Shown piece by piece: positions 24,781 to 34,867 of a DNA stretch of 64,000 nucleotides. The DNA is taken from contig OZ243972.1 of assembly GCA_965214705.1 (NCBI GenBank), forward strand, positions 2,656,001 through 2,720,000, in the 5' to 3' direction. The position numbers were made by a program, and so were the translations under genes. Each line of letters begins with the position of its first letter. The stretch's first letter is position 1. Under the pieces are notes generated by a model that had not been told where the DNA came from, did no database searches, and saw nothing but the letters and a program-made list of their open reading frames with translations. Source of the DNA: Alphaproteobacteria bacterium (lineage in GTDB: Bacteria; Pseudomonadota; Alphaproteobacteria; UBA828).

Positions 24781-25953
24781 GTGGAGGTCCAGCTCTCCGA
24801 AGAACAGGCGCTGATGCTGGAGACGGCACGGCGCATCGGAGCCGCGTACGGTCTTGACTACTGGCGGGCGCTGGACGAAGAGGGCGCCTACCCGAGCGCG
24901 ATGTGGCAGGCGATTTGCGACGCGGGTTTTGGGGGCATCGCGCTGCCGGAGGAGCATGGCGGCGCCGGGCTCGGGATGCTCGACCAGGCGCTGGTGATCG
25001 AGGCGCTCTGCGAGGCGGGCGCGGGCAGCACGCTCGCTCAGATATTCATGGTCAACCCGATTTTCGGCGGCGTCGCCATCGCGCGCTACGGCACGGAGGC
25101 GATGCGCCGCGATCTGCTGCCGCCGCTCATCGCGGGCGACATCCAGTGCTGCATGGCGCTCACCGAGCCGGACGCCGGCACCAACAGCCTGGAGCTTCGC
25201 ACCTTCGCCGAGGCCCACGGCAACGGCTGGCGGCTCAACGGCCGGAAAATATGGATCTCGGCGGTGCCGACGGCTGACAAGATGCTGGTGGTGGCCCGTA
25301 CCAAGAAGGTCGAGGACTCGGAGCGCCGCACCGACGGCATCTCGCTCTTCCTCGTCGACGTGGAGCGCGAGGGGCTGACCCACTCCACCATCGAGAAGGC
25401 GGGCACCCACTGCGTGCCGGCGAGCAACGTCTATTTCGAGAACACGCCGGTGGCGGGCGACGAGCTGGTCGGCACGCTCCACGGCGGCTGGAAGGAGCTG
25501 CTCGACGTGCTCAACACCGAGCGCATCGTCACCGCCGCCGGCCTCGTGGGCACCGTGCGGCTGGCGCTCGGTCTCGCGGTCGACTACGCCAACGAGCGCC
25601 GCGTGTTCGGAGACCGGCCAATCGCCTCGTACCAGGGGCTGCAGTTCCCGCTCGCCCAGGCGAAGGCGGAGATCGAGTGCGCCGCGGTGATGAACCACAA
25701 GGCCGCTGCGCTGCACGATGCCGGCCTGCCCTACGGTTCCGAAGCTAACATGGCCAAGCTCATCGCGGCGCAGGCCGCCGCCGAGGGGCTGGAGCGCGCG
25801 ATGCAGGCCATGGGCGGCATGGGCTACGCCAAGGAGATGCACCTGGAGCGACTCTGGCGCGACGCGCGCCTCTTCCGCTTCGCGCCGATCTCGGAGGAGA
25901 TGATCCTCAACTACGTCGCCGTACACGACCTCGGCATGGCGCGGGGGTATTGA
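24781..25953 (+). CDS. Acyl-CoA dehydrogenase
   Basis: ALTEPDAGTN, LNGRKIWIS, R.FG.RPI..YQG.QF and GGMGYAKE...ERLWRDAR. Confidence 0.93.
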   Translation: MEVQLSEEQALMLETARRIGAAYGLDYWRALDEEGAYPSAMWQAICDAGFGGIALPEEHGGAGLGMLDQALVIEALCEAGAGSTLAQIFMVNPIFGGVAIARYGTEAMRRDLLPPLIAGDIQCCMALTEPDAGTNSLELRTFAEAHGNGWRLNGRKIWISAVPTADKMLVVARTKKVEDSERRTDGISLFLVDVEREGLTHSTIEKAGTHCVPASNVYFENTPVAGDELVGTLHGGWKELLDVLNTERIVTAAGLVGTVRLALGLAVDYANERRVFGDRPIASYQGLQFPLAQAKAEIECAAVMNHKAAALHDAGLPYGSEANMAKLIAAQAAAEGLERAMQAMGGMGYAKEMHLERLWRDARLFRFAPISEEMILNYVAVHDLGMARGY

Positions 25954-26113
25954 GGGGCGCCGGCCAGTCTTACAAGCAGCGGGGCGACGAAGGCACCCCC
26001 ACCTTGCATCTCGTCCACTCGCCGTCGGGGTTATTGTGATGGCGTTGGACGCGGGCGGGAGACCGATCCACCTCTGGTCTCGACATCGACGTGAGCCAAT
26101 CAGGGAGGCACCG

Positions 26114-27127
26114 ATGCGCATCTACAACTACAAGAAGGGGACGGCGCGACGGCTCGCGGTAGAGGATAACAAGGAGCTGGTCGACCCGATCGATGCGCTG
26201 GGCGGTCAGCGCAAGCTCGTTGCGCGGGACCGCGAGGCGCTCGCCGACACGATCTCTTTCATCGAATCCGGGGATCGGGGATTGCGCCTTGCGCGCAAGG
26301 CGATCCGCGAAAGCCGCGGCAGCGGCAAGGGCCGCCGCAGCCTGGCCCGGACCACGCTGTTCGCGCCCGTTGAGCCCGCGGTCATCCTGTGTTCGGGAGA
26401 GAACTACTGGGATCATCGGGACGAGAAGCCGGTGGTCGAGGGCAAGGAACCCGAGTTCTTCATCAAGCTCCAGCAATGCGCCAACGGGCCATACGACGAC
26501 ATCGTCTACGAGCCGAAGATCACCCGGAAGCTGGACTATGAAACCGAGCTTGCCATCGTCATCGGCAAGGGCGGGCGCCACATCGCCAAGAGGGATGCGA
26601 TGAAGCACATATTCGGTTTCACCGTCATGAACGATGTCACGGCCCGGGATCGGCAGGTCAAGATGCGGCCCGACGGCACCTCGCAATATGCGCTCGGACC
26701 GGGCAAGAACTTCGATACCTCCGCGCCGCTCGGCCCCTGCATCGTCACGACAGACGAGCTCGGCAACCCACAGAAGCTGGCGCTCCGCACCTGGGTCAAC
26801 GACGAGCTGCGCCAGAACAACACCACCGCGATGATGATCTGGAACGTCCGGGAGCTGGTCCACTTCTTTTCGGGCTTCGTCACCCTGAAACCTGGTTCGG
26901 TGATTTCGACGGGCACGCCCGGCGGAACCGCGTGGGGAACCGATCCCGAGCTGGGCGGGCGCGGTGCCCAGACCGAACGCGAAGACATCGAGCTCGCCGG
27001 GGGCTATCTCAAGGTCGGCGATGTGGTCACCTGTGAGATCGAAGGCATCGGCCGCCTGCGGGCCAGGGTCGTGCTATCCGGGCATTCGCGGAGAAAAACC
27101 TCGGCAAGAATCAAGCAAAATCAATGA
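26114..27127 (+). CDS. Fumarylacetoacetate hydrolase family protein
   Basis: LDYETELAIVIG, MNDVTARD, GKNFD and ISTGTPGG. Confidence 0.9.
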   Translation: MRIYNYKKGTARRLAVEDNKELVDPIDALGGQRKLVARDREALADTISFIESGDRGLRLARKAIRESRGSGKGRRSLARTTLFAPVEPAVILCSGENYWDHRDEKPVVEGKEPEFFIKLQQCANGPYDDIVYEPKITRKLDYETELAIVIGKGGRHIAKRDAMKHIFGFTVMNDVTARDRQVKMRPDGTSQYALGPGKNFDTSAPLGPCIVTTDELGNPQKLALRTWVNDELRQNNTTAMMIWNVRELVHFFSGFVTLKPGSVISTGTPGGTAWGTDPELGGRGAQTEREDIELAGGYLKVGDVVTCEIEGIGRLRARVVLSGHSRRKTSARIKQNQ

Positions 27128-27230
27128 ATTATCGTTCCAATCGGCATCCAATCTATGCGCCGATGAACAGCCATGGTCGGCCTGCGCCGACCGTGGCAGG
27201 TGAGAGGGCGGGAGGGGAAGCCGCCCTCCC

Positions 27231-27989
27231 TCAGTTCACATTCGCGGCCTCGCCCAGGGGCGGGCCGATTTCGCGGTTTATGACGAGGTCGGCGATACCG
27301 TCGAGGTCGGTGGGTTCGCGGTTCAGGATGACGAGGGTGGAGCCGGATTCCTTGGCGAGCATGGGCAACCCGGCGGCGGGGTAAACGACGAGCGACGAGC
27401 CGATGGCGAGGAAGAGGTCGCAGGCAAGCGTCTCGCGCTTCGCGCGATTCATCTCGTCCTCCGGCATCGCTTGGCCGAAGGAGATCGTCGCCGTCTTGAC
27501 CGGCGCTCCGCAGAGCGTGCAGGCGGGCGGCACGGAGTCCCTCTCGAACGCCTCCTTGATCGGAGCAAGCTCGTAGCGGGTCCCGCAGGCGACGCATTTC
27601 GCATAGCTGCCGTTGCCGTGGAGCTCGATCACCTTCTCCTTGGGCACGCCCGAATCCTGGTGCAGGTTGTCGATGTTCTGGGTGATCACACTCGAGACCT
27701 TGCCGATTCGGACCAGCTTGGCGACCGCTCGGTGCCCGCGGTTGGGCGTGGCGTCCACGATGTCCCGGTCGACCAGCAACTTGCGCCGCCAGGCCTCGAT
27801 ACGCGCGTCCTCGGAGGCGAGGAACTCCTGGTAATAGATCGGCTTGGTCTGCGACCAGATGCCGGTCGGGCTGCGGAAGTCCGGGATGCCCGACTCGGTC
27901 GATATCCCGGCGCCGGTAAAGACGACCGCCCGGCGCGCGTCCGCGATCATCCCAGCGAGGCGCTCGATATCGGCGCGGGCGCCCTCCAT
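27231..27989 (-). CDS. cobB: NAD-dependent deacylase (Sir2 family)
   Basis: TGAGISTESGIPDFR, ITQNIDNLH, ELHG, two CxxC and GSSLVVYPAA. Confidence 0.93.
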   Translation of the reverse strand: MEGARADIERLAGMIADARRAVVFTGAGISTESGIPDFRSPTGIWSQTKPIYYQEFLASEDARIEAWRRKLLVDRDIVDATPNRGHRAVAKLVRIGKVSSVITQNIDNLHQDSGVPKEKVIELHGNGSYAKCVACGTRYELAPIKEAFERDSVPPACTLCGAPVKTATISFGQAMPEDEMNRAKRETLACDLFLAIGSSLVVYPAAGLPMLAKESGSTLVILNREPTDLDGIADLVINREIGPPLGEAANVN

Positions 27990-28181
27990 CTCAGCCGCGC
28001 TCCGGGGTAGCCACGTCTCAGTCTTCCTTATTGCTGTCGTCGGTCACGCGCTCAAGGAGGTCCTACTGACAGGTCTCGTCAAGACCAGCATCAGCTTCGG
28101 GATGATCGGCCTACCCAATTGAGTAGTCCAGTTTTAATGTTGGTTGCGGCCTGTCGCCCGTCCGCTGAAAGCGGGCGGGCT

Positions 28182-29045
28182 CTACCGATGCTTCTCCAGG
28201 AAGGGGCCGACGGCGGCGTGGTAGCCTTGCGGGTTCTCCCAGAACGGCATGTGGGCGCAGCCGGGGAAGAAGGCATACTCCGAGTTTGGCAGATATTGGC
28301 ACGAAACGGCACAGAGCTCCGGCAGCACGTAGTCGTGCTCGCTGGCGACGACCAGAGTCGGTGTCGTCACGCGATGCAGGTCGCCCATACGGTCGAACCA
28401 CCGGAGCGTACCGGTACAGTTGAAGAGATGCGGCCCGAACATGCGCCGGAGCGGGCCGTAGCCGATATCGCTCAAGGACTTCTGCACTGGCTCGGGCCAG
28501 GTCTCCATCCGACACATGTGCCGGTAGAGCAGCATAGTTACGGCCGCTTGGTACTCCGGATGCTCGGTGGTGCCTTCGGATTCGCGGCGCGCCATCATGC
28601 GCACGGTCTCATCTCCGAGGTTCTGCTTGCAGCGGAGGAAGCCCGCCTGAACCTCACGGAAGTCGTAGGCGATGCTGCTGGAGACGAAGCACTTCACGTT
28701 GTCGGGATGGGCGAGGCAGTATTCGAGGCCGAGCATCCCGCCCCATGAGTTGCCCACCACGGCGACCCGGCCGAGGTCGAGGGCGCTACGCACCGTCTCC
28801 ATCTCTTCCACGTAGCGCTCCACGGTCCAGAGCGCATCGTCGTCCGGCCGGTCGGATTCGCCGCAACCGAGCTGATCCCACGAGACCACGCGGAACCCCT
28901 GCTCGGCGTAGCAGAGATGGGCGTCGCGCACGTAGTTGCACGGCACCCCCGGACCGCCATGGACTACCAGGATCACGTCATCGCCCGCGCCCTCGCTGAA
29001 CGCGGTGACGGAATGCGCGCCGACGCGCACCGGAATTCGCTCCAT
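28182..29045 (-). CDS. Proline iminopeptidase-like alpha/beta hydrolase
   Basis: HGGPG, DQLGCGESD and GNSWGG; C-terminal His. Confidence 0.88.
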   Translation of the reverse strand: MERIPVRVGAHSVTAFSEGAGDDVILVVHGGPGVPCNYVRDAHLCYAEQGFRVVSWDQLGCGESDRPDDDALWTVERYVEEMETVRSALDLGRVAVVGNSWGGMLGLEYCLAHPDNVKCFVSSSIAYDFREVQAGFLRCKQNLGDETVRMMARRESEGTTEHPEYQAAVTMLLYRHMCRMETWPEPVQKSLSDIGYGPLRRMFGPHLFNCTGTLRWFDRMGDLHRVTTPTLVVASEHDYVLPELCAVSCQYLPNSEYAFFPGCAHMPFWENPQGYHAAVGPFLEKHR

Positions 29046-29113
29046 CTCGTTCTCCCTGCCCGCCGTTGCAGACACCGTGTGCTACGCTCGGCTGCCGGCC
29101 ACAGGAGCAGCCA

Positions 29114-29941
29114 GTGCGCGTAGCCTTCATCGATATCGACGGTACCCGCACACGTTATCTTTATGAAGGCGATGCAGGCGAAACCTTGCTTCTCATTCAC
29201 GGATTCGGGCTGAGCGCCGACATCTGGGCGCATGTGCTCGACCCGCTGGCGGCGCATTTCTCCGTGTTTGCGCCCGACATCCTCGGTCACGGCTTCACCG
29301 ACTTCAAAGAGCCCGGCGCAGACGCCGCGCCGCTGGTGATGACCCGGCACCTCGAAGGCTTCATGGACGCGGTAGGGATCGAGCGCTGTGCCGTGCTCGG
29401 CAGCTCGCTCGGCGGCCTGCTGGCGCCGCTGCTCTATGCCGCGCGGCCCGAGAGCATCACGGCGCTGATCATCGACGGCTTGCACACGCCCGTCTCCGAT
29501 ACCGGCAAGCTGCCGCCGGAGACGATCAGGGCGACCATGGCCAACGGCACCACGGCGATGACCGACGTGACCTGGCAGTCGTGCATCGATCGCATGGGGC
29601 GAATCTGCCACGACCCCGCGCGCTCGCCCGCCGACATCGCGCTGATGCAAGTCACGGTCTACGCTCAGCCCGACCGGCTGCCGGCCTACCTCGCCTACGG
29701 TCAGAGCATGATCGACCACGTGGATGACGAGGCGGTGCGGATGCGGCCCGAAACCATCGCGGTGCCGACGCTCTTCCTCAGCGGCCGGCAGGACATCCGC
29801 GCCCCCATCGAGGTGATCGAGAAGAACTACCGGCGCGTTCCCGGCGCCAGCCTCAGCGTGTTCGAGGAATGCGGCCACCTGCCCGAGGTGGAGCATCCTG
29901 AAAAATTCGCGGAAACGGTGACGGCGTTCCTGCGGGGATAG
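29114..29941 (+). CDS. Alpha/beta fold hydrolase
   Basis: LLLIHGFG, PDILGHG, GSSLGG and CGHLPEVEHP. Confidence 0.88.
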   Translation: MRVAFIDIDGTRTRYLYEGDAGETLLLIHGFGLSADIWAHVLDPLAAHFSVFAPDILGHGFTDFKEPGADAAPLVMTRHLEGFMDAVGIERCAVLGSSLGGLLAPLLYAARPESITALIIDGLHTPVSDTGKLPPETIRATMANGTTAMTDVTWQSCIDRMGRICHDPARSPADIALMQVTVYAQPDRLPAYLAYGQSMIDHVDDEAVRMRPETIAVPTLFLSGRQDIRAPIEVIEKNYRRVPGASLSVFEECGHLPEVEHPEKFAETVTAFLRG

Positions 29942-30493
29942 CCCGGACCATGGTGCTTTGTCCGCCCGGACATTCGCAGCACCGGGAAGGTCAGGAGAGT
30001 GTACTATTATTTCTCTCTATATCAGTGCGTTGCAGTTCCCTCTCGATGAGCGCTGTCGCATTGTCCCAAACATCAGGCACCAAATAGGCGCAACTTGAAT
30101 TCGTATTCCTGCGTACACGATCCGCCTGTTAGTTGCGATTTATGGATATTTATTCCTAATATCGTAATCTGTGGCCGGCCCAGACACCGGCCCCAGGAGG
30201 CCAGCCGCGCTCACACTCCGCCAATCAAGGGGCAAGGGGGGGCGCTTTCGAGTTGTCCTCCCGCATCCTCACCGACCTGCCTTCCTCGCGGTGCCGACCC
30301 GCCCCGGCGGCGAGGCGCGCGGCGTTCCTTGAACACCGGCCACCCCCGACCGGGCGCCCATGATATCGACGCCTGGCCCGGGGCGACAGCTTCCGGGTGC
30401 TGCCCGGACTTCCTGTCTGCTCATCGCCATGCGAGGCCCGCGTCCGGTATATTCCCGTGCGCACGGGTGAAGCCCGCGCGCGATGACTACGGA

Positions 30494-31393
30494 ATGCACA
30501 GCATGGGTTCCGTTGCCGACAAGATCGCGAAGAAGATCATCGCGTCCCGCGGGTCGAAGGTCGTCGATCTCACGAGCTGGCGGGAAGGCAGAACGATGGC
30601 CCTCGAAGCCGGTTTCGATGGCGAGGGTCCGGTCCCCGACAAGTTCGCGGACCTTGACCCGTGCCACGGCATCTACGCGTTGGCGCAGAACATCGCCTCC
30701 CTCATGGCCGAATCGATTTCCGGGATGAGAGAGGCAAAGGGGTACGTCAGGATCGCCGGCGCCGCCGAGGACGAGTACCTGCCGGCCGGGCCGCCGATGA
30801 GCCCGTTGACGGTCAGCTACTTCACGATGTGGGCGCTGTTCGACGTCCGGTTCGGGAGCAGCCGGGAAACCATGGGCAGCTGCATCCTGCGCATCGCGCC
30901 CGAGTTCGATTCCCCGTCCTGGCTGATCGACACCGTCGAGCGGATGCAGCACTCGAGGATGGGCTTCTACGTCCACTGCGGCAGCGAGGACGAGGGGGTC
31001 CTGCTGCGCGAGGTCGGCACGCGGCAGATCGTTTCGTGCACGGTGCCGGCTGGCTATGCCGGCCGCGAGGGGGAGATCTGGTTCGTGCGCGTGCTTCCGC
31101 CGCCCCACCGCCTGTGCCGCCGGCATATCGTGATCAACACGCCCTACGTCATCCGGGACTGGCCCGAACGCGCCTTTGTCGACTATCTGGAGCGCGAGCT
31201 TGCGCGGATGATGGCGAAGAAGCCGCCCCGGACGGATGACGCACACGGTCATCTGATGAAGTACGGTCCGGAGCCCAACCACTGGAACGAATATGTCTTC
31301 TGCGCGTATTCGGGTCATCGGCATGAGGCGATCTTTCTGACCGGCATCCCGGACATCCGGCAGAGTCTTCCCCATGCCTCGCCGGTTCGGTAG
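30494..31393 (+). CDS. Hypothetical protein (~299 aa)
   Basis: Globular-looking ORF with GC3-biased codons (DEYLPAGPPMSPLTVSYFTMWALFD...GEIWFVRVLPPP); family not recognised. Confidence 0.7.
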   Translation: MHSMGSVADKIAKKIIASRGSKVVDLTSWREGRTMALEAGFDGEGPVPDKFADLDPCHGIYALAQNIASLMAESISGMREAKGYVRIAGAAEDEYLPAGPPMSPLTVSYFTMWALFDVRFGSSRETMGSCILRIAPEFDSPSWLIDTVERMQHSRMGFYVHCGSEDEGVLLREVGTRQIVSCTVPAGYAGREGEIWFVRVLPPPHRLCRRHIVINTPYVIRDWPERAFVDYLERELARMMAKKPPRTDDAHGHLMKYGPEPNHWNEYVFCAYSGHRHEAIFLTGIPDIRQSLPHASPVR

Positions 31394-31711
31394 CTCGGCG
31401 GTCATTGGGCATCGACGGCACGCGGCGGCGCCCTTATCGACATGGAGGCGCTGAAGGCAATCCCGGTCATGCAGCGCATTCCCGTCGCCAGCATTGCCGC
31501 CTGGCAGGCCGGGGAACGCGCCCTCGACGCCGGCGACCCGGAGAACGGCCGGCAGCCCTTCGACGATCAGCGGTCCTGCCGGCGGCTGGCCCGCCCCCCG
31601 GCCGGGAACAGGCCGCAGCTGCTTCCACGGACCGCCGCTTCCGACCTTGGCGGCCGTTCGGCGGCGTAGTATGCAGCCGGTCGTTCCACTGAGCATCAGG
31701 AGACCCCGGTC

Positions 31712-32053
31712 ATGCCCGCATCGACTCCCCGCAAGGCCACGGCGCTCAAGGAAGCGATGACCAAGAGCCAGATGATCGCCTCGCTTTCCGAATCCACGGG
31801 ACTGCCCAAGAAGGATGTCGCTGCCGTGCTCGACGACCTGGGGCTTCTCATAGAGCGTCACGTCAAGAAGCGCGCCGTCGGCACCTTCACGCTGCCGGGC
31901 CTGTTGAAGATCAGGCGCGTGCGCAAGCCTGCGCGCAAGGCGCGGACGATGATCTCGCCGCGCACGGGCGAAGAGATCGAAGTCCCGGCCAAGCGGGCCT
32001 CGACGGGGGTCAAGGTCCAGCCTCTGTCGGTCCTCAAGCGGATGGTCGAGTAG
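31712..32053 (+). CDS. HU family DNA-binding protein
   Basis: MTKSQMIASLSESTGL.KKDV, FTLPGLLKI and R...SPRTGEEIEVPAK; AGGAG RBS. Confidence 0.9.
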   Translation: MPASTPRKATALKEAMTKSQMIASLSESTGLPKKDVAAVLDDLGLLIERHVKKRAVGTFTLPGLLKIRRVRKPARKARTMISPRTGEEIEVPAKRASTGVKVQPLSVLKRMVE

Positions 32054-32176
32054 GCGGTCCGGCTCCGACTTCCTGGGACCGCGCCCGGGTTGCCGGGCTG
32101 CCTGCCGCCGCCAGAAGGGCCGCGCTCGACTTATGTCGGCGCATGCTGCGCCGCCGGCGGGCGCACGCGGCCAGCT

Positions 32177-32662
32177 TCACAACAGTTCGATGTCCATCGC
32201 CTGCGGGCCGCGCGCGCCCTGCGCCACCATGACGCACACCCGCTGGGCCGGCTCCAGGGCGCCCAGGCCCGCCCGGCCGAGCACATTCCCATGCACGAAC
32301 ACGTCCCGGCCGCCGCCGTCGGGAACGACGAAGCCGTAGCCCCTGGCGGCGTCGTAGAACTTGACGAAGCCGCGACGCTCCTCGGCCGGACCTGCCGGCT
32401 CGTCATGGCCAAGTCCGCGTTCGCGCGAACCGTGCCGTGGCTCATCGCGCCCCGCACGGGGAGCCGGCGCCGTCGATGTGTCGACGGCCAGGATGGGGCA
32501 CACCGCCGGGCCGCGCCGGTCCTCCGCCACCTCGCAGGTGACGCTCGCGCCCTTCGGAAGCGTGGCGTATCCGGCGTCTTCGACGACCGAAACATGACAG
32601 AACACGTCGGCCGCGCCGTCGACGGGCGTCAGAAAGCCGAAACTCCTCGACAGACGCATCAT
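32177..32662 (-). CDS. Tandem cold-shock-domain protein, first domain apparently N-truncated
   Basis: FGFLTP..G..DVFCHVS and VKFYDAARGYGFVVPDGGGRDVFVH; the first domain lacks its VKW strand. Confidence 0.75.
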   Translation of the reverse strand: MMRLSRSFGFLTPVDGAADVFCHVSVVEDAGYATLPKGASVTCEVAEDRRGPAVCPILAVDTSTAPAPRAGRDEPRHGSRERGLGHDEPAGPAEERRGFVKFYDAARGYGFVVPDGGGRDVFVHGNVLGRAGLGALEPAQRVCVMVAQGARGPQAMDIELL

Positions 32663-32907
32663 AGAGGGAGACTTGTCCGCGGCATGTCCGGCACCGCCAC
32701 GCTGTCCATTTCCTGTCGAAGCGCCACAGGCGCTCACCGCCGCTGGTCCGCCGTCCGTCGGCCAAGTCACCGCTGCGGGCGCGCTCCGCACCTGTGCCCG
32801 CGCGCCCTCAAGAGGGCGAGGCCGGCCGGGACCGGGGCGGCGGGGCAGGCGGCCCGGCGAAGATAGCGCGCCTGCCGCTCGCGATCACGAACCGCGGAGG
32901 GCCGACG

Positions 32908-33231
32908 ATGAGTACGGCGAGAACGATCCAGCGCGTTGCCAGCACGTACCTTGTGCACTTCTTTGGCGGCGGCCTCGAGGAAGAAGGCCGCTACGTGGTC
33001 GAGAGGTACGAGACTGCGGCCACGGGCGAGATCCGTCCGCTCAATGCCGGCAAGGAGAAGGGCACGGACCGGCGCAAGCGGCGCACGACCCTGTCGCGCG
33101 GCGCCGTCCGCCGACTGCGACCGGTGTCCAACGAGATCATCGTCGCCACCAGCGTCAGCCGCGACGCGGGCATGCAGCTGTTCGGCTCCGCCGCGGCCGG
33201 CATCGTACTGCGCGGCAAGTGGCGCTGCTGA
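32908..33231 (+). CDS. Hypothetical protein
   Basis: GGAGG RBS before ATG 32908; 107-aa ORF, no family recognised. Confidence 0.5.
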   Translation: MSTARTIQRVASTYLVHFFGGGLEEEGRYVVERYETAATGEIRPLNAGKEKGTDRRKRRTTLSRGAVRRLRPVSNEIIVATSVSRDAGMQLFGSAAAGIVLRGKWRC

Positions 33232-33315
33232 CCGGCGACCCGGCCGGGGGCGTCGCCGCAGCCGCCGCAGGCCGCCCTCCCGAGCCTCGGCTACCCCCAC
33301 GTCTTCGAGGTTGCC

Positions 33316-34113
33316 ATGCCCAGCAGTGACGAGCGCGCGCAAGGGCGCCAGCGTCGGCGTCATGCTGACCGAATCGCCCGCAACACCTGCACCCGGTGCG
33401 GAAGGTTCCCGCCCGAGCCCGGCCTCAAGCTGTGCCGGTCCTGCGGCGAGAAGCGGCGCGCCGCCGAGAAGGTCCGCCGTGCCAAGGCCCGGCAGCAGGG
33501 AAAGCCTTACGGCGGCCGCGATCCCGAACAGTGCCGCCGTGCCGACCGCGCCGGCGACAGGCGGCGGCGGAGGGCGTGGAAGGAGGCGGGGCTATGCACG
33601 TCCTGTGGCCTCCGTCGACCGGAGGAGAACCGCTCCGTCTGCGAGCCGTGCCGCGAGGCGCGGCGCGCCCTGGACCGCCGGCGCTATGACGCGCGTCGTG
33701 CTGCCGGGCGATGCGTGCGGTGCGGGCAGCCGGCGTTCCGCGGCTCGTCCCGCTGCGGCCGGTGCGCGGTGGTCGAAGCGGAGCGCGCGGCGCCCGAACG
33801 CAGAAGGGCGGCCAGCAGGAAGCGCTACGCCAAGCGCAGGGCGCAGACGAAGTGCGTGGATTGCTCGGTTCCTGTTGCCGGCACTGCCCGTTGTCCGGAC
33901 TGCGCCCGGCGCTCCAACTCTCGCGCCCTCGAACCTCACCGCCTGCCCGTGCCGTTCCCGGAGTACACCGTGGTCCGGCTCGATACCGGCGACGCGATCG
34001 AGAGCGTCGAGACCGAAGCGGAAGCCGCCGCGTGCCTGGTCTTCGCCGGCCTCCGCCCCGATCAGGTCGAGATATGCGCCAATGTCCCGTTGATGGCGCT
34101 CTGTCCCCCATGA
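33316..34113 (+). CDS. Arg-rich protein with four tandem C4 zinc-ribbon repeats
   Basis: CTRC..CRSC, CTSC..CEPC, CVRC..CGRC and CVDC..CPDC; GAGG RBS. Confidence 0.7.
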   Translation: MPSSDERAQGRQRRRHADRIARNTCTRCGRFPPEPGLKLCRSCGEKRRAAEKVRRAKARQQGKPYGGRDPEQCRRADRAGDRRRRRAWKEAGLCTSCGLRRPEENRSVCEPCREARRALDRRRYDARRAAGRCVRCGQPAFRGSSRCGRCAVVEAERAAPERRRAASRKRYAKRRAQTKCVDCSVPVAGTARCPDCARRSNSRALEPHRLPVPFPEYTVVRLDTGDAIESVETEAEAAACLVFAGLRPDQVEICANVPLMALCPP

Positions 34114-34867
34114 GCGCGGCATCGACGCTGTGGTCCGCACCTTCGACGGCGGCGAGCGCACCTTCGTCGCAACGTTCCACAAGGCGAAGGACCGCGACAT
34201 GCGGTCCGCGCGGCGGCGTCTGAAGAGGATCGGTCGGTAGGGAGGTTGGCGCCGGGCGGGTCGCCTGGCCCCGCGCTCTCCCGAAGGCATGAGGTCAGGG
34301 CGGAATGACTCCGGCGCCGCGCGGTATAGTGGGCCGCACCCCTCTCGGATTGCAACTCTGAACGCCCGGCCGCCGGGCTGCATTGTTCCCGCCGAATCGC
34401 ACCCCTCTGGCAGCCTCCATTTTACCGCCGTTGCAAGGGTCGTTCGGCGCCTCCAAATCTCCCGTTTCTCGGGGAGAACACCCACCCGACGGCCGCGATT
34501 CTTAAAGACTTCTGGCCACCGCCGCCGCGCGCCGCCCGACCGCCGTCGGCCCCGATCCCTTACTCACCGCCATCTTCCGGCTGATCCAGATTCACAACGA
34601 CTTCTGGCCGTCAACAGACGCGGGCAGCAGGCGATCAACGGGCGAGACCATCTTTGGCCTTCACGATCCCACGCCGCCGTGACCCCGTCGCCAGTGAAGC
34701 GGTCGCAGGTGCGGTCCGCCAGGTCGTCGATCTCCCGGCGGGCGTCGGGGAAGGCGGCAGCCGAGAGGAGGAGAGGAGCTTTCGAGGAGTGAACGGGAGG
34801 TGGATCGAGAGAGATCGCCCCGTTCGCCAACCTTCGTCATCAACTCGGAAGAACAGGAGACAAGACC

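Noticed and set aside
27231-27989. Sir2 protein as a defence effector (Thoeris/DSR-like)
   Set aside because: Canonical single-domain, zinc-binding CobB-type deacylase in a metabolic context outside the island.
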